From the NCBI GenBank assembly GCA_020353515.1, contig CP070695.1, forward strand, positions 3,945,460 to 4,009,459: 64,000 bases of DNA, in the 5' to 3' direction. The translations under genes and the position numbers were made by a program. Positions within the stretch are counted from its first letter, which is position 1; each line of letters starts with the position of its first letter. The notes under the pieces were generated by a model that was not told the origin of the DNA, did no database searches, and was given only the letters and a program-made list of their open reading frames with translations. This document shows positions 1-11,139 of this stretch, in pieces. The stretch comes from Candidatus Heimdallarchaeota archaeon (lineage in GTDB: Archaea; Asgardarchaeota; Heimdallarchaeia; Hodarchaeales; Hodarchaeaceae).

Positions 1-165
1 TTCTTAACAAACCCATTGCTTAAAACCTTTTATCAGAAGTCATATTCCATTGTTAGAGCATTTTACTCTCAGGGATAGTTCTATTGGTAATCCCTTTACT
101 CCTTTTGGGTTGACTCTCAGAAAAATCAGTATATCATCCACCGACTGAATGATGAGGGATCCAAA

Positions 166-810
166 TTAATGATAGCATTCTAGAATTTTATTATTCCATA
201 TTTCTTCCAGAATAAGAGCTAGCCAGCCTACTCTATTAATGAGGCTATTGATATCTTTCCATTCTACTTCCACTAGTAGTTCTAGCAGTTGATCTCCAGT
301 TGTTTTTACCAGTTCTTCTATTAAGGAAATTCGTCTGTTCTCGATTTCTTCAATAAGTTTAAAGATCGAATCTTCTGAAGCTTTTTTGTTCTTAATCATT
401 TGTTCTAGGACAAGTCCTGTTGCTCTTACAATCAAATCAGCTTTATCATGTTTCTCAAGATTGGGAAAATCGCCTTTGAAAAATAGTTTCGCTGTTCTCA
501 CATAGAGAGTTTGACTTTTTAATTGCCCTTTTTCATCCATTGAAACTCTTTTTCCACCAGGAACTACTAATTTCAATTTTTCTAGCGTATTTAAGTATCT
601 GTAAAGTGTAATATCCGATTTCTGTTCTCCTTTTATTCTGTATGCAGCACTTATTTCATTTAATGTCATTGGTCCTTGTTGAAGAATTTTTATGACCTGA
701 ACTAGCTTTTCGTTAGTCCATACTTCTGTTTCTTTCCCACGGAGTACTTTAACAAATTGTTGTTTAACTGAAATTGCGTCTTGTGTTGTATCTGACATGA
801 TTAATACCAA
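166..810 (-). CDS. winged helix-turn-helix protein (ArsR-like, Asgard-type)
   Basis: GPMTLNEI...TLYRYLNTLEKLKLV wHTH pattern followed by a helical C-terminal domain. Confidence 0.65.
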   Translation of the reverse strand: MVLIMSDTTQDAISVKQQFVKVLRGKETEVWTNEKLVQVIKILQQGPMTLNEISAAYRIKGEQKSDITLYRYLNTLEKLKLVVPGGKRVSMDEKGQLKSQTLYVRTAKLFFKGDFPNLEKHDKADLIVRATGLVLEQMIKNKKASEDSIFKLIEEIENRRISLIEELVKTTGDQLLELLVEVEWKDINSLINRVGWLALILEEIWNNKILECYH

Positions 811-1249
811 TTTTCAATACTTTGGTAAATTTATTTTATTGGTCATTTCAAATTGTTGGTGAGTTTTTTTTCATTCTGATGAAAAATAAATGTTATTACA
901 CCGATAATAAATACTTAGCACTTCAAAATGTAAATCTTCTTATCCTTCCTCTCTGACCCTCTAATTTCTTGTCAATTTTTCTCCTTATTTGTTTATGTAA
1001 TTTATCTCTTGTTAAGGAAGCAATTTGTATATAACCAGCCAGGAGCGAAGAATGTAATTCTCGATCGAATCTGAACTTTTTACCAAGATTATAGCAATTG
1101 TAAGTTTTAACTTTCGTTTTGGTCACTTTATTTTTGAAAAATAGTGTTTATGAGAATTCCTAGTTCATAAATACAGCAATTCATTGATAATCTTTTTTCA
1201 TTGCCGTAACAATAGGCTATTAATAAAATGAAATTATAGTTTCACTTAT

Positions 1250-2629
1250 TTGAAAAGGGGGTTTTTCATGGAATTATTTCAACCAAAAGCCGATAGTCCT
1301 CAAAGAGTTAGATCTAAATTAGTATCTTCTTCGTTTATGCGCTTTTTAGGTGTTAATGAGCTTCCATGGCGTTCTCAGTGGTTAATTCAGAAATTTCTTC
1401 TTATTGCCAATTTACAGACGTCTTTATTTATTGTTTCTAGTACTTTCTATGTCTTGTTTGTCATTGATCGAATTGGGTTCAGTACTTTGGGCATGCTTCT
1501 TGCGATTAGTTTTATTACACAAGCGATTCTAGACTATCCAACTGGTGTTATTGGGGATTGGATTGGCCAACGTTGGAGTCTAGCTATTGCTTTTTGTGGC
1601 TATGGACTTTCTTATTCAGTTATTATCCATGCTACATCTGTTCCAGATTTTTTGTTGGTGTATCTCCTAAATGCTTTTGCTAGTTCTCAGCAATCTGGTG
1701 CTTTAGGGTCTTGGTTTGATAACAATTACAAGGTATCAGTGGGGAAAACAGATAGTGATCGAAAAACTTATCGAGAGCTGCTTGGGAAGCAAGCAATTGT
1801 TTCGAGGTTTGTCATAGCGGCCATGATAATTTTGGGTGGAGTCGTAGCAACAGCATTTTTTCGGGAGTTAGTATTTATTGTACAAGCATTTGGTATGTTT
1901 GGATTAGCTGTTTTATGTTTGATTCTTGTAAAAGATTATCCTGAGATTTCTAAGCCCGAATTATCTTTTAGAAAGTATTTCAATCTTTTGGGAGAAGGAT
2001 TACGATTCAGTTTTGGTTCTAAACACATGTTTTTTTTTATTACTGGTGTAAGCATTGCTAGTCCTACTTTTTTAATTTGGGGTAATATGATTCTTTTTCC
2101 TATGTATTTTGGATATACTGGATCTGATGGGGGAGCTGCATTTGTTCGCTTTAGTTTTTATGTTCTAACTGCTTTCACTATGCCAAGAGCTGGAAACTGG
2201 AGTAAAAATCTTCATACTCGTAAATGGCTCCCCCGTTTACGACTGATTCATACAGTTGTTTTTTATGTCAGTTTTATATTGATTTTTACCATTTTTCCCT
2301 TTGCAAATTCTTTGAACTTATTAGCAATTGTATTAGTAGGATTTATTTTCCTTCTTACCGAATGGTTATTAGCTTCTGAACTTTTTCTAAGACAACGATT
2401 ACTTGTTGACGTGGTTCCTGATACTAACCGAAATTCTGTCTATAGTTTACTCCCAACGTTGAATCTTTTAGTTTCAGCTCCATTTATATTCATATCTGGT
2501 ACTATTATTGAATTAATAGGTGTCCCATTAACTTTAATTGGTTGTATGTTATTGGGTGTTATCTCTTCTGGCTTCCTCTTTCTTTCTCTTCGCTCTTTAC
2601 CCACAGGTGTTTTAAAAGAAGAAGACTAA
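1250..2629 (+). CDS. MFS transporter (start probably ATG 1268)
   Basis: About 12 hydrophobic segments; motif A-like DYPTGVIGDWIGQR. Confidence 0.85.
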   Translation: MKRGFFMELFQPKADSPQRVRSKLVSSSFMRFLGVNELPWRSQWLIQKFLLIANLQTSLFIVSSTFYVLFVIDRIGFSTLGMLLAISFITQAILDYPTGVIGDWIGQRWSLAIAFCGYGLSYSVIIHATSVPDFLLVYLLNAFASSQQSGALGSWFDNNYKVSVGKTDSDRKTYRELLGKQAIVSRFVIAAMIILGGVVATAFFRELVFIVQAFGMFGLAVLCLILVKDYPEISKPELSFRKYFNLLGEGLRFSFGSKHMFFFITGVSIASPTFLIWGNMILFPMYFGYTGSDGGAAFVRFSFYVLTAFTMPRAGNWSKNLHTRKWLPRLRLIHTVVFYVSFILIFTIFPFANSLNLLAIVLVGFIFLLTEWLLASELFLRQRLLVDVVPDTNRNSVYSLLPTLNLLVSAPFIFISGTIIELIGVPLTLIGCMLLGVISSGFLFLSLRSLPTGVLKEED

Positions 2630-2749
2630 GGCGCCTAACCATTCACAGTAGCCAACCCCGTTTTTTTCTGATCAATTGGTAGTAGTATGAACCTTTCTTA
2701 TCTTCGACCGAATTGAATTCTAAATTGGTTAATGGAAAATGTTTTTCTC

Positions 2750-3102
2750 CTAGTCGTTTTTGGGTTTCCCTGATATCTTTGTTTCAATTTGATCTAGCTC
2801 CTCTTTACAGGTGTTATGAATCTCTTTCCCTTTAGCTAGACTTTGAGGTGCGTAATCTTTAAAGTGATCCTCTTCAAACCCATATCCAGCCAAATGTCTT
2901 TCCTGGGTTAATTGGATTAACCACTCAGCGAATTTCTAGCCAGATTTTTGGTATAATATAAGACATTTACTATACTTTCGTACACCTCCCCTTTTAAGTT
3001 TGTTGAATATTGAATTGTAAGATGTAATAATTCAATTCGAATTTGTGTGAAATCAGCTTTAAATTCGATAGCTTTTAGTTTTGAAATTGTTTCTTTTTTC
3101 CG
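2750..3102 (-). pseudogene. Degraded ORF remnant, possibly HEPN-like
   Basis: Two protein-like open frames (...KADFTQIRIELL...TKNLAR and KFAEWLIQLTQERHLAGYGFEED...) joined by a 1-nt frameshift near 2935; no usable start. Confidence 0.3.
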
Positions 3103-3264
3103 TTAAATTTAGTCTAAATGAAGATCCTCCTTTTTTTTTGCCTTAACTTTTACAGTTGAATTAAAGAAAAGTAATTTAATTTAATAAAATAAAAATCCGT
3201 CGTGAATCAATAATAAGAAGAAGAGTCGGTTGGAAAATCGTTGAATGAACATGAGGGGATCTCC

Positions 3265-3792
3265 ATGAATTATAAAATAGTCCTAGCGGGAGATGAAGGG
3301 GTTGGGAAGACTTCTTTAATCAATCGTTTTGTACATGGATACTTCAAAGGTGATTACAAAGCAACAATTGGAGTTAATATTTATACTAAACAACTTCTTA
3401 TTGATTCTTCTGAAGTGAATTTACAGATCTGGGATGTGGCAGGTCAAACCTCGTTTCGTCAATTTCGCCAAAGATTTTTCAGTGGTACCCGAGGAGCATT
3501 CTTAGTGTTCGACTTAACAGTGTCTAAAAGTCTTGACAATCTTCATGTATCCTGGATAGAGGATCTCCAAAACATTGCAGGGGAAATTCCGTTAGTTTTA
3601 ATCGGAAACAAATCAGATCTAAGAGAATCAGTTACTGTTTCCTATCAGGAGGTGAATGATTTTTTATATCTTCATTCTAATATTGGAGACCATTTCATCA
3701 CTTCGGCTCTGACTGGTGAAAATGTGGAGAATGCCTTTCATAAATTGACAACATTAATGAATGTGATGATAGATAGTAAATCAAAGGACTAA
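3265..3792 (+). CDS. Rab/Ras-like small GTPase
   Basis: G1 GDEGVGKTS, G2 YKATIG, G3 WDVAGQ, G4 NKSD, G5 SAL; SD-like gagggg before ATG 3265. Confidence 0.93.
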   Translation: MNYKIVLAGDEGVGKTSLINRFVHGYFKGDYKATIGVNIYTKQLLIDSSEVNLQIWDVAGQTSFRQFRQRFFSGTRGAFLVFDLTVSKSLDNLHVSWIEDLQNIAGEIPLVLIGNKSDLRESVTVSYQEVNDFLYLHSNIGDHFITSALTGENVENAFHKLTTLMNVMIDSKSKD

Positions 3793-3898
3793 GAATTTTT
3801 GGGGTTAATATTACTCCTACGTCTATCCTTGCCCTATTATTACACGAATACTTTGGTACTATTTTTCTAAGAATTCCTTTTTTAATTTGAGCTATACT

Positions 3899-4342
3899 TC
3901 AAATAGCCTTCAAATTGAATAGAATTCGCATTAGATAATCCTCAAATTGATTGATCTCTTTCTCGGAAAAATTTTTGTAATATATATCTTTCATATCTAA
4001 TGATACTTGGTAATAGATGTCTTGAAGTTGTTTATTCTTCTCAGTTAGGTAAACCAGCTTTTTTCGGCGGTCTCCTTCTGAGTCAACTCGTTTTAGGTGA
4101 CCAATCTCTTCTAATCGATCAAGCATAGGTGTTAAGGTCGATTTACTCAATGATGTTGCTTTTGCGAGTTCAATAATCGGTAGGCCATCTTTTTTCCATA
4201 ATGCAAAAAGGATGCGCCCTTGTGCGGGATTAATATCACTGATCTGATATTTTTTAAGCTTTTTAGCAAATATCCGTTGACCTAGTTGATGGATTTGAGC
4301 AATAAGAAACCCCCCTGCTTTTAAATCTTGCATCGTTTTCAC
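3899..4342 (-). CDS. MarR-family transcriptional regulator
   Basis: QGRILFALW...LSKSTLTPMLDRLEE...DRRKKLVYLT. Confidence 0.9.
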   Translation of the reverse strand: MKTMQDLKAGGFLIAQIHQLGQRIFAKKLKKYQISDINPAQGRILFALWKKDGLPIIELAKATSLSKSTLTPMLDRLEEIGHLKRVDSEGDRRKKLVYLTEKNKQLQDIYYQVSLDMKDIYYKNFSEKEINQFEDYLMRILFNLKAI

Positions 4343-4803
4343 ATCAGTTGTAATACATGTTTCTGAAGCTTATAATAGATCTCTATGAACCGTGGTTTCA
4401 ATTTTAGAATTGTATAGTCTTCATCTTCAACGCCTTTGGGGTAGTATTTCTTCCACCAATCAAGATATAATTCTCTCTTAATTGCCATATCCTCAACAAT
4501 TTCTATATTTCCGCTTAACATTACACCACGAAAATCCTCGGGATCGTGATAATAGAGAGACACCGCAGAATGTGATCTAATATGAGTTACCTTCGAAGAA
4601 GAAGTATTGGTTGAAATATAGACTAAAAAGTCATCATTATGATCCTCAAATACTCGAGTTAGCTCTGGAAAAGTTTTTGGGTCGCGTAAATTAAATACCG
4701 CACGAGTGTATGGGAACTCATCAGAGCCAATCGTTGTTAAGCATACTGTTTTCATGGAATTTATTACTTTAAGACAGAAGTCTCTCATTTCTTGTTCTTT
4801 CAT
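4339..4803 (-). CDS. Pyridoxamine 5'-phosphate oxidase-like FMN-binding split-barrel protein (general stress protein 26-like)
   Basis: LTTIGSDEFPYTR, STNTSSSKV, YYPKGVEDEDYTILK; ATGA overlap with marR. Confidence 0.85.
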   Translation of the reverse strand: MKEQEMRDFCLKVINSMKTVCLTTIGSDEFPYTRAVFNLRDPKTFPELTRVFEDHNDDFLVYISTNTSSSKVTHIRSHSAVSLYYHDPEDFRGVMLSGNIEIVEDMAIKRELYLDWWKKYYPKGVEDEDYTILKLKPRFIEIYYKLQKHVLQLM

Positions 4804-4928
4804 GTTTTTCCACCTAATAAACCAAACAAATCAGATTAGTCCTATATGAGATAGTTTTATATAGGACTATTTTTACTTTTCCATAATTATCTAAAATGAT
4901 TTTTTAATCTTTAAAAGAGCTGATTTGC

Positions 4929-5432
4929 ATGAGTTCAACTAAAATTCTTTCATTAATGCTTGATGAGCTTCATAAACGCTTTTTAGCAGTTACTACCGAC
5001 TTATCGGAGGACGATTTTACTTTTAAGACCGATAAGAATTCTCCAGCGATTGGATGGACAATTGGGCACTTGACTGGGGGTCAACATGTGTACCTTCGAT
5101 TAATCTTTCTAGGGGAACCACCCTCACAGATACAAGAATATGAATCCTTTAACACAGGAACCGACAGTCTTTATACGAATGTACCTTCTTTTAAGAAAAT
5201 AGTTGCCTTTTATGAGTCGGAATTCGAAGAATTAAAGAAATTCATTGAAACTTTAACGGAAAACGATTTGAATTCTCCTACTCCTCATCGAGAAAAGGTC
5301 CCACCCTTTTTTCAGGATACTCCTCTTCGTGAAATCCTAGTGAGCTATATAGCTCATGCATTCACACATCTTGGCCAAATAATTGAGATCCGACGAATGT
5401 TAGGTAAAGATATTTCAAAAATCAATGAATGA
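4929..5432 (+). CDS. DinB/YfiT-family protein
   Basis: IGWTIGHL and HAFTHLGQI His triad. Confidence 0.85.
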   Translation: MSSTKILSLMLDELHKRFLAVTTDLSEDDFTFKTDKNSPAIGWTIGHLTGGQHVYLRLIFLGEPPSQIQEYESFNTGTDSLYTNVPSFKKIVAFYESEFEELKKFIETLTENDLNSPTPHREKVPPFFQDTPLREILVSYIAHAFTHLGQIIEIRRMLGKDISKINE

Positions 5433-5459
5433 GTGTATAATTCTTCTAAAGTATAAGCA

Positions 5460-6173
5460 TTATTGTTTTTCTTCTACTGCTCTTTTTTGGTATTTCTCTG
5501 CTTTTTTCTTGCACACTTCTGCTCTTTCTGGATCATTCAAATTTCCATATACTTGAACAAGAAGTCCATTTACTTGAGCTATTCCCGCATAATTTTCAAT
5601 AGATAAACATATCCCTTCTGCTTCTTCTAATACGGTTAACGCCTGAGTATAAAGTGATTTTCCATTTAGAATATGCCCTCTGACGATAAGGGCCCAACCT
5701 AACGTCTGTTGAATGTCCTTATCGTTTGGATATCTCTCTGCTAGCTCATATACCAGTTTGAACTGTGATTCAGCTGCAGGAAGGTCACCAGAATTTAGCA
5801 ATCGTGTCCCATAAGCTAGGGAGCATCTAGCGAGTTGAACATCATTCCCCGATCTTTGAGCAACCTCAAATGCTTCTCTAGCCCGATCCACAGCATTAGT
5901 ATTGTCACCTAATTCAACAAGGGTATTATCAATTCTCATAAGACAATATGAAAGGATACGATCTCGCTCTTGAGCAAGATCTGATTGTAGGTTTAACAGA
6001 GAAAGAAGGAAATCTCTCACCTCCTTGTATAGTTGAAGTTCTTCCTCGTGGTTCGAATCCTTTACAGCTTGCCACAACGCAGATTCTATCTTATCTTCTG
6101 CGCGCCTCAATTTGCCTAGAATTTCTTCTTTAGTTTGAGTATCCTTCATCTTTTGACCAATTATTTGGCTCAA
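5460..6173 (-). CDS. TPR-repeat protein (start possibly 6149)
   Basis: Helical repeats with TPR-like A/G/Y spacing. Confidence 0.7.
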   Translation of the reverse strand: MSQIIGQKMKDTQTKEEILGKLRRAEDKIESALWQAVKDSNHEEELQLYKEVRDFLLSLLNLQSDLAQERDRILSYCLMRIDNTLVELGDNTNAVDRAREAFEVAQRSGNDVQLARCSLAYGTRLLNSGDLPAAESQFKLVYELAERYPNDKDIQQTLGWALIVRGHILNGKSLYTQALTVLEEAEGICLSIENYAGIAQVNGLLVQVYGNLNDPERAEVCKKKAEKYQKRAVEEKQ

Positions 6174-6219
6174 AAGAATAATGAGTATATAATATTATCT
6201 ATGATTCAGAGGTTTATTA

Positions 6220-6804
6220 TTGACAAAGAGATTATTAGATCTTCCTACAAAGATTAAGACTAAGAGATTAATTCTTAGGAGATACAAAGAAGGTGATGGG
6301 GCGGCGTTATTTAACTTACTCGAATCTCATGACAATCGTAACTATTTGAGAGATCATATTGATGAAGCAACTGATATTAAAACCGAAGAAGAAGCTGAAA
6401 TAAGAATTAGGCAATTAGCTGCTGATTGGATAACGCAAAAGAAATTTATCATGGGCATCTGGAATAAGAATACTGGATTATACATTGGTCAAATCTGGAT
6501 AAGTCCAAATAAGTGGGAAGTGCCTTCATTTGAGCTGGGTTGGTTTTTAGACCGGACTCATCAGGGGCAGGGTTTTGCAGGTGAAGCAGTTAATGCAGCG
6601 CTTCAATTTCTTTTCGATCACCTTCAGGCTCATAAAGTCATTGTATTAACTCGAGATGATAATGTAAAGAGTTTCAAACTAGCAGAAAGATGTGGATTTG
6701 TGAAAGAAGGCCATCTTAGGAATCACAATATTAAAGATGGGCAAAGATTTGGTTTATTTTATTACAGTATACTGAAATCTGAATATCAAGACCAAAAAAA
6801 GTGA
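6220..6804 (+). CDS. GNAT acetyltransferase, RimJ/RimL type
   Basis: TKRLILR, ELGWFL...HQGQGFAGEA, NVKSFKLAERCGFVKEG. Confidence 0.9.
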   Translation: MTKRLLDLPTKIKTKRLILRRYKEGDGAALFNLLESHDNRNYLRDHIDEATDIKTEEEAEIRIRQLAADWITQKKFIMGIWNKNTGLYIGQIWISPNKWEVPSFELGWFLDRTHQGQGFAGEAVNAALQFLFDHLQAHKVIVLTRDDNVKSFKLAERCGFVKEGHLRNHNIKDGQRFGLFYYSILKSEYQDQKK

Positions 6805-7010
6805 TATGGAAAAAAGGTTCGTCCTTTGGTCAAAACCAGTCACCATCATGAGAAATTAGTTCTATAAATCCATAAGCTTTAAGAAAGGACTAGTGATAAA
6901 TTTAGATTTGAACTTCACTCTAAACCAAAAATCGAAGACTATAGAAATTTAAAACTAGTGACCCGATATAAGACAGCTATCAAATTTTATTACTAAAGGA
7001 AGTAAGAAAT

Positions 7011-8456
7011 GTGGCAAACGTAATACCAGATCCAGTTTTGGCAACTGCACCAGGTGTTGCTGCTGGACTCCTTGCAGCCTTTAATTGGTGGCAAATGCGT
7101 CGAGGCGCAGTTATAAAACTAGGAAAACCTGTTAATTATGCCATAGAAAAGGATGAAGAAAAAGATGGGGTTGTCAAATATTATTTTCCCGTTCTAATGC
7201 ACAATACAGGTAAGAAAGCTGGAATGATTACAGAAATTGTGATAACATTCAAATCTAAAAGCACAGAAAAGATAATCGATATTAATAGACGTGTAGAAAT
7301 GAGTCAAGAAGAGGGAGAGGAAGAAGTGACTTCTTCAATCTTGGGTATAGAACCAATTTTCCCCTTCTTTGTCTCAGCGGACGAAGGTGCTGTAGTAATA
7401 TTTGAGTGCTTAGATTCCGATCACGATGTTATACCAATTGATGAAGTGTTAACCTGTAGAATTCTAATTAAATACGATAATAAGAAGAAAACAGACATAG
7501 AATTTCCATTTCGACTGTTACCCGAGGATATTTCCTTGTTATTACGGGGTACTATGAAATGGCTTAAACCAACGGTTCAGGATGTTCATCTACCTGGTAT
7601 TACGGACAGAGACCGATTATTAGCACTCCTTGAGGAGTTAGATCTTGATAACCAATTTGAAACTATTCTTGATAGTGAAGGGACGCATTTTGATAGAACT
7701 GTACAATATGGGGGTACAAAAATAACTCGTCTCGATTTATCTGAGTTAAAAATTCCATCCCTACCTGAAAGTATTGGAGATTTTGAGATACTTTAGTACC
7801 TTGATCTAGGGAATAATCTTTTACAGTCTCTTCCAAGGAGTATTGGAAATTTAAAGAATTTAATCGAATTAGATCTCCGTAATAACAAGAGGTTTGAATC
7901 CCTCCCCGATTCTATCAGTCAATTGACTAAGTTAAAAACTCTTAATGTTTCTCGATGTAATCTTGCAGCCCTTCCAGATAATATTGGAAATCTGAGCTCC
8001 CTTACCTGGTTAAAAGTTTCTGGTAATCACCTCACGTCTCTTCCTGATAGCCTAGGTGATTTAACCAATCTTAAGAGATTAGATATTGAGGATAATCAAC
8101 TAGAAGCCCTTCCTGGAAGTATTGGTTCCTTACAAAAGCTAAGAAAGCTAACAGTATATAAAAATAGACTGAAATCTGTCCCTATGGGGATTCTAAAGAT
8201 CAAGAAATTTACACAACTGGAATTTAAGGAAAATGAGATAACCGCGTTACCAGCTAATCTCATCGAAGATGGAGGGCATGTAACAGGGCTATTCTTCGAG
8301 AATAACCAGATCTACTCTTTACCTGAAGGATTAGAAAAACTTGATCGGCTAACAACTCTCAGCTTACGAAATAATCCCTTAGCATTACAAACTGAGTCTG
8401 TTCATGCCTCTCTTCAAGCATTGAAAGATAGAGGATGCAATGTTTTCTTAGATTAA
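7011..8456 (+). pseudogene. Membrane-anchored leucine-rich-repeat protein interrupted by a single in-frame TAG (7794-7796); pseudogene, sequencing error or readthrough
   Basis: ORFs 7011-7796 and 7923-8456 share a frame; the gap reads *YLDLGNNLLQSLPRSIGNLKNLIELDLRNNKRFESLPDSISQ, which is intact LRR. Confidence 0.8.
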
Positions 8457-8611
8457 TAATTTTTGAAATTTATCCCTTTATTAAATACCAACCTTTGCTA
8501 AAATAGTTCCTGATTAACTATTAGGAGTTCTCAGTATGCTTGATATAAACCAAACTCAAAATCCTTCATATCTTGATGATTAGCAAAATATTCAATTCTC
8601 AGTGATTCGAA

Positions 8612-9925
8612 ATGGAACCAGAGATAACTCTAATTCTAGAAATCGGTTTAATTCTCACTTTTGGGGTCTTGGGTTCTAATGGACTTAAAAAACTTAAATT
8701 TCCTGAAATTCTGGGTTTTATTCTTGTAGGCATTATAGCTGGGCTTATACTCCGACCATTCGGCTTATTTCAAGATCATTACGTAAGTATAACGAATGTT
8801 ATTGTTGCTGTTGCCCTTGGTTTTATTGGTTTTCATTTAGGATCGGAAATTGATTGGAATACATTGAAAACGATGTCTTCCAAAGTTATCGTCATCATAG
8901 TTATTGAAGCATTTTTCACGTTCTTTTTTGTTGCATTTCTTGTCTTTTTGATTACTCAGGAGCTCTATCTTGCTCTTCTATTTGGAGCTTTATCTTCTGC
9001 AACAGCTCCAGCAGGAACCGCAGCAGTATTTTGGGAATATGATTGTAAAGGCCCACTCACGTCTACTACTATGATAATTCTCGCCCTTGATGATATTTTT
9101 GCTATCGTTCTCACCGATTTTGCAATTGATTATGCATCAATCCATTTAAAGGGCGGTAAACTTGATTTATTCAGCTTATTTGTTCCTATGATCGTTGATA
9201 TAGGTTTCTCTATTGCTCTTGGATTAATAGCAGGGATATTATTTTCGTTCATACTGAACCGTGAGGAGGAACATGGTGAATATGTCAATCTTATCATTGG
9301 AGCTGTACTTGTATGCATTGGAATTTCAGGATTCTTGGGTATTTCATATATCCTCCCTACAATGGTTTTTGGGATCACAATTGCCAGTCTTTGTAAGAAA
9401 CCAGAAATAGATCCACAGAAGAAAGCTTGGATCTCTGAAATTTTTGGTCCCTCAACTGAAGGGGTTATAAGTATTATTGATAAAGAGCTGCTTGAGGCCA
9501 GTGAAGATGAAACCCATCAAATTTTTCATGAAGTATACCGAATCGCGTCTCCATTGGTGGCTTTATTTTTCGTCTTAATTGGTTTAAATCTTGATATCTC
9601 ATCGTTGGTGCAAATAGGTCTCCTAGGTTTCCTCTATCTTATCGGTCGGACTGTAGCGAAATCAGTTGGAGCGTTTATAGGTACCAGTATCGTTAAAGCT
9701 GAACCTACGGTTCGGAAATACTTAGGACCATGCCTTTATTCGCAAGCAGGCGTGGCACTTGGATTAGCTGTTCTCATTTCCGATAAACTTGCATCTTTTG
9801 GAGTACCTGAGATGGGATTTTTGATTCTTAACACAATCACTGCAACAACTATTGTATTTCAAATTTTTGGCCCTCTTGCAATAAAATGGGCCGTTCAAAG
9901 ATCAGGAGAAGCTCGATCCTGCTAA
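8612..9925 (+). CDS. Cation:proton antiporter (CPA2/Kef-like membrane domain)
   Basis: About 12 TM; SATAPA and ALDD motifs; QAGVALGL. Confidence 0.88.
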   Translation: MEPEITLILEIGLILTFGVLGSNGLKKLKFPEILGFILVGIIAGLILRPFGLFQDHYVSITNVIVAVALGFIGFHLGSEIDWNTLKTMSSKVIVIIVIEAFFTFFFVAFLVFLITQELYLALLFGALSSATAPAGTAAVFWEYDCKGPLTSTTMIILALDDIFAIVLTDFAIDYASIHLKGGKLDLFSLFVPMIVDIGFSIALGLIAGILFSFILNREEEHGEYVNLIIGAVLVCIGISGFLGISYILPTMVFGITIASLCKKPEIDPQKKAWISEIFGPSTEGVISIIDKELLEASEDETHQIFHEVYRIASPLVALFFVLIGLNLDISSLVQIGLLGFLYLIGRTVAKSVGAFIGTSIVKAEPTVRKYLGPCLYSQAGVALGLAVLISDKLASFGVPEMGFLILNTITATTIVFQIFGPLAIKWAVQRSGEARSC

Positions 9926-10133
9926 TTTTCTAGGAAATTGATCTCAGAAAATAAGGTGTAACGATAAATAAGTTTTTAGTAATTAATTGAATCGTAAACC
10001 AATACTTCTAGAGAGCCATATAAGGGTTTAACGGCAATCCTCCCTCATTTTTCACCACTATCATTTCCATAGTTGCATTCAAGTCATACTTTTTATATTT
10101 TTTAGATTTAATTTGAGATATTGATGGTATATA

Positions 10134-11102
10134 GTGAAAACTGAGGAAAGAAGTATGGATGAAGAAAACTATCAGCGGATTCGTCAAAAATTACAGGAAA
10201 GCTTTGAAAAGCAAGAATACGAGCAGGGATTGATAATTGCGAAAGAGATTAAAGAGAAATTTCCTGATCATGCTAGTGCTGCTTACTTTAATTTAGCCTT
10301 TTTTCAAGCACAACTCAATTTAATCGATGATACAGTTGACACGTTAAAAGAGGGATATAGAAAAGGGCTTTGGTGGGACGAATCAGCAATACGTATGTTT
10401 CCGAATTTTGATCAGTTGATTCAGCATGACGAATTCAATGAAGTTGTAAATAATTATTTTAAACGTTATAAAAAGATTCGAGAAGCTACTTCTTTTGAAT
10501 GGGAGGTCTGTACTCCTGAAAATTTCGATTCAAGCCAAAAATATCCCGCCTTATTTGCACTTCATCAAGGTGCAGGGAATATTGAAGTGGCAAAACAAAA
10601 CTGGAAATCAGCTTTAGAACATGATTTATTCTTAGCTTTACCTCAATCATCTCAAATTGTCGAACCAAACAGATTTACCTGGTTGGATATAGAAAGTGGG
10701 TTAAAAGAACTCAATGAAATGTATTCACAAATTCTCACTAAATATCAAATTGACCTAACCAAAGTTTTTCTGTCTGGTTTTTCGATTGGAGGAACTTTAG
10801 CCTTAGAGGCGACTTTTTCTCAACCCCAGTTCTCTGTAAAAGGATGTATTGTTGTGAATCCTACGTTTATTTCCCCTTATTCTATTCCAAGGAATTTCGA
10901 GAGAGCCAAAAAGGACGGTGTCAAGTGTTGTATATTAGTAGGGACAAAAGATCCAAGTTATGAACAGATAAAAGAATTTATAAGTCTTCTTAATCAAGAA
11001 AATGTTGAGAATCAGGTTTATGAAATTCCTGAGTTAGCACATGCTTTTCCCGATAATTTTAACGAAATTCTGGCTGAAATGACAGACTTTATGAGAGCTT
11101 GA
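10134..11102 (+). CDS. TPR-like + alpha/beta hydrolase (esterase) protein
   Basis: ALHQ, GFSIGG nucleophile elbow, GTKD, AHAFP. Confidence 0.8.
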   Translation: MKTEERSMDEENYQRIRQKLQESFEKQEYEQGLIIAKEIKEKFPDHASAAYFNLAFFQAQLNLIDDTVDTLKEGYRKGLWWDESAIRMFPNFDQLIQHDEFNEVVNNYFKRYKKIREATSFEWEVCTPENFDSSQKYPALFALHQGAGNIEVAKQNWKSALEHDLFLALPQSSQIVEPNRFTWLDIESGLKELNEMYSQILTKYQIDLTKVFLSGFSIGGTLALEATFSQPQFSVKGCIVVNPTFISPYSIPRNFERAKKDGVKCCILVGTKDPSYEQIKEFISLLNQENVENQVYEIPELAHAFPDNFNEILAEMTDFMRA

Positions 11103-11139
11103 TTTGATAATGATTATAGAATTGTCCTTGTAATCAGCC

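Noticed and set aside
923-1126. 67-aa basic ORF
   Set aside because: Low-complexity AT-rich intergenic frame without a recognisable motif
7794-7796. Genome-wide TAG reassignment
   Set aside because: TAG terminates several clear genes at expected positions (e.g. vps23, E1, AMMECR1)
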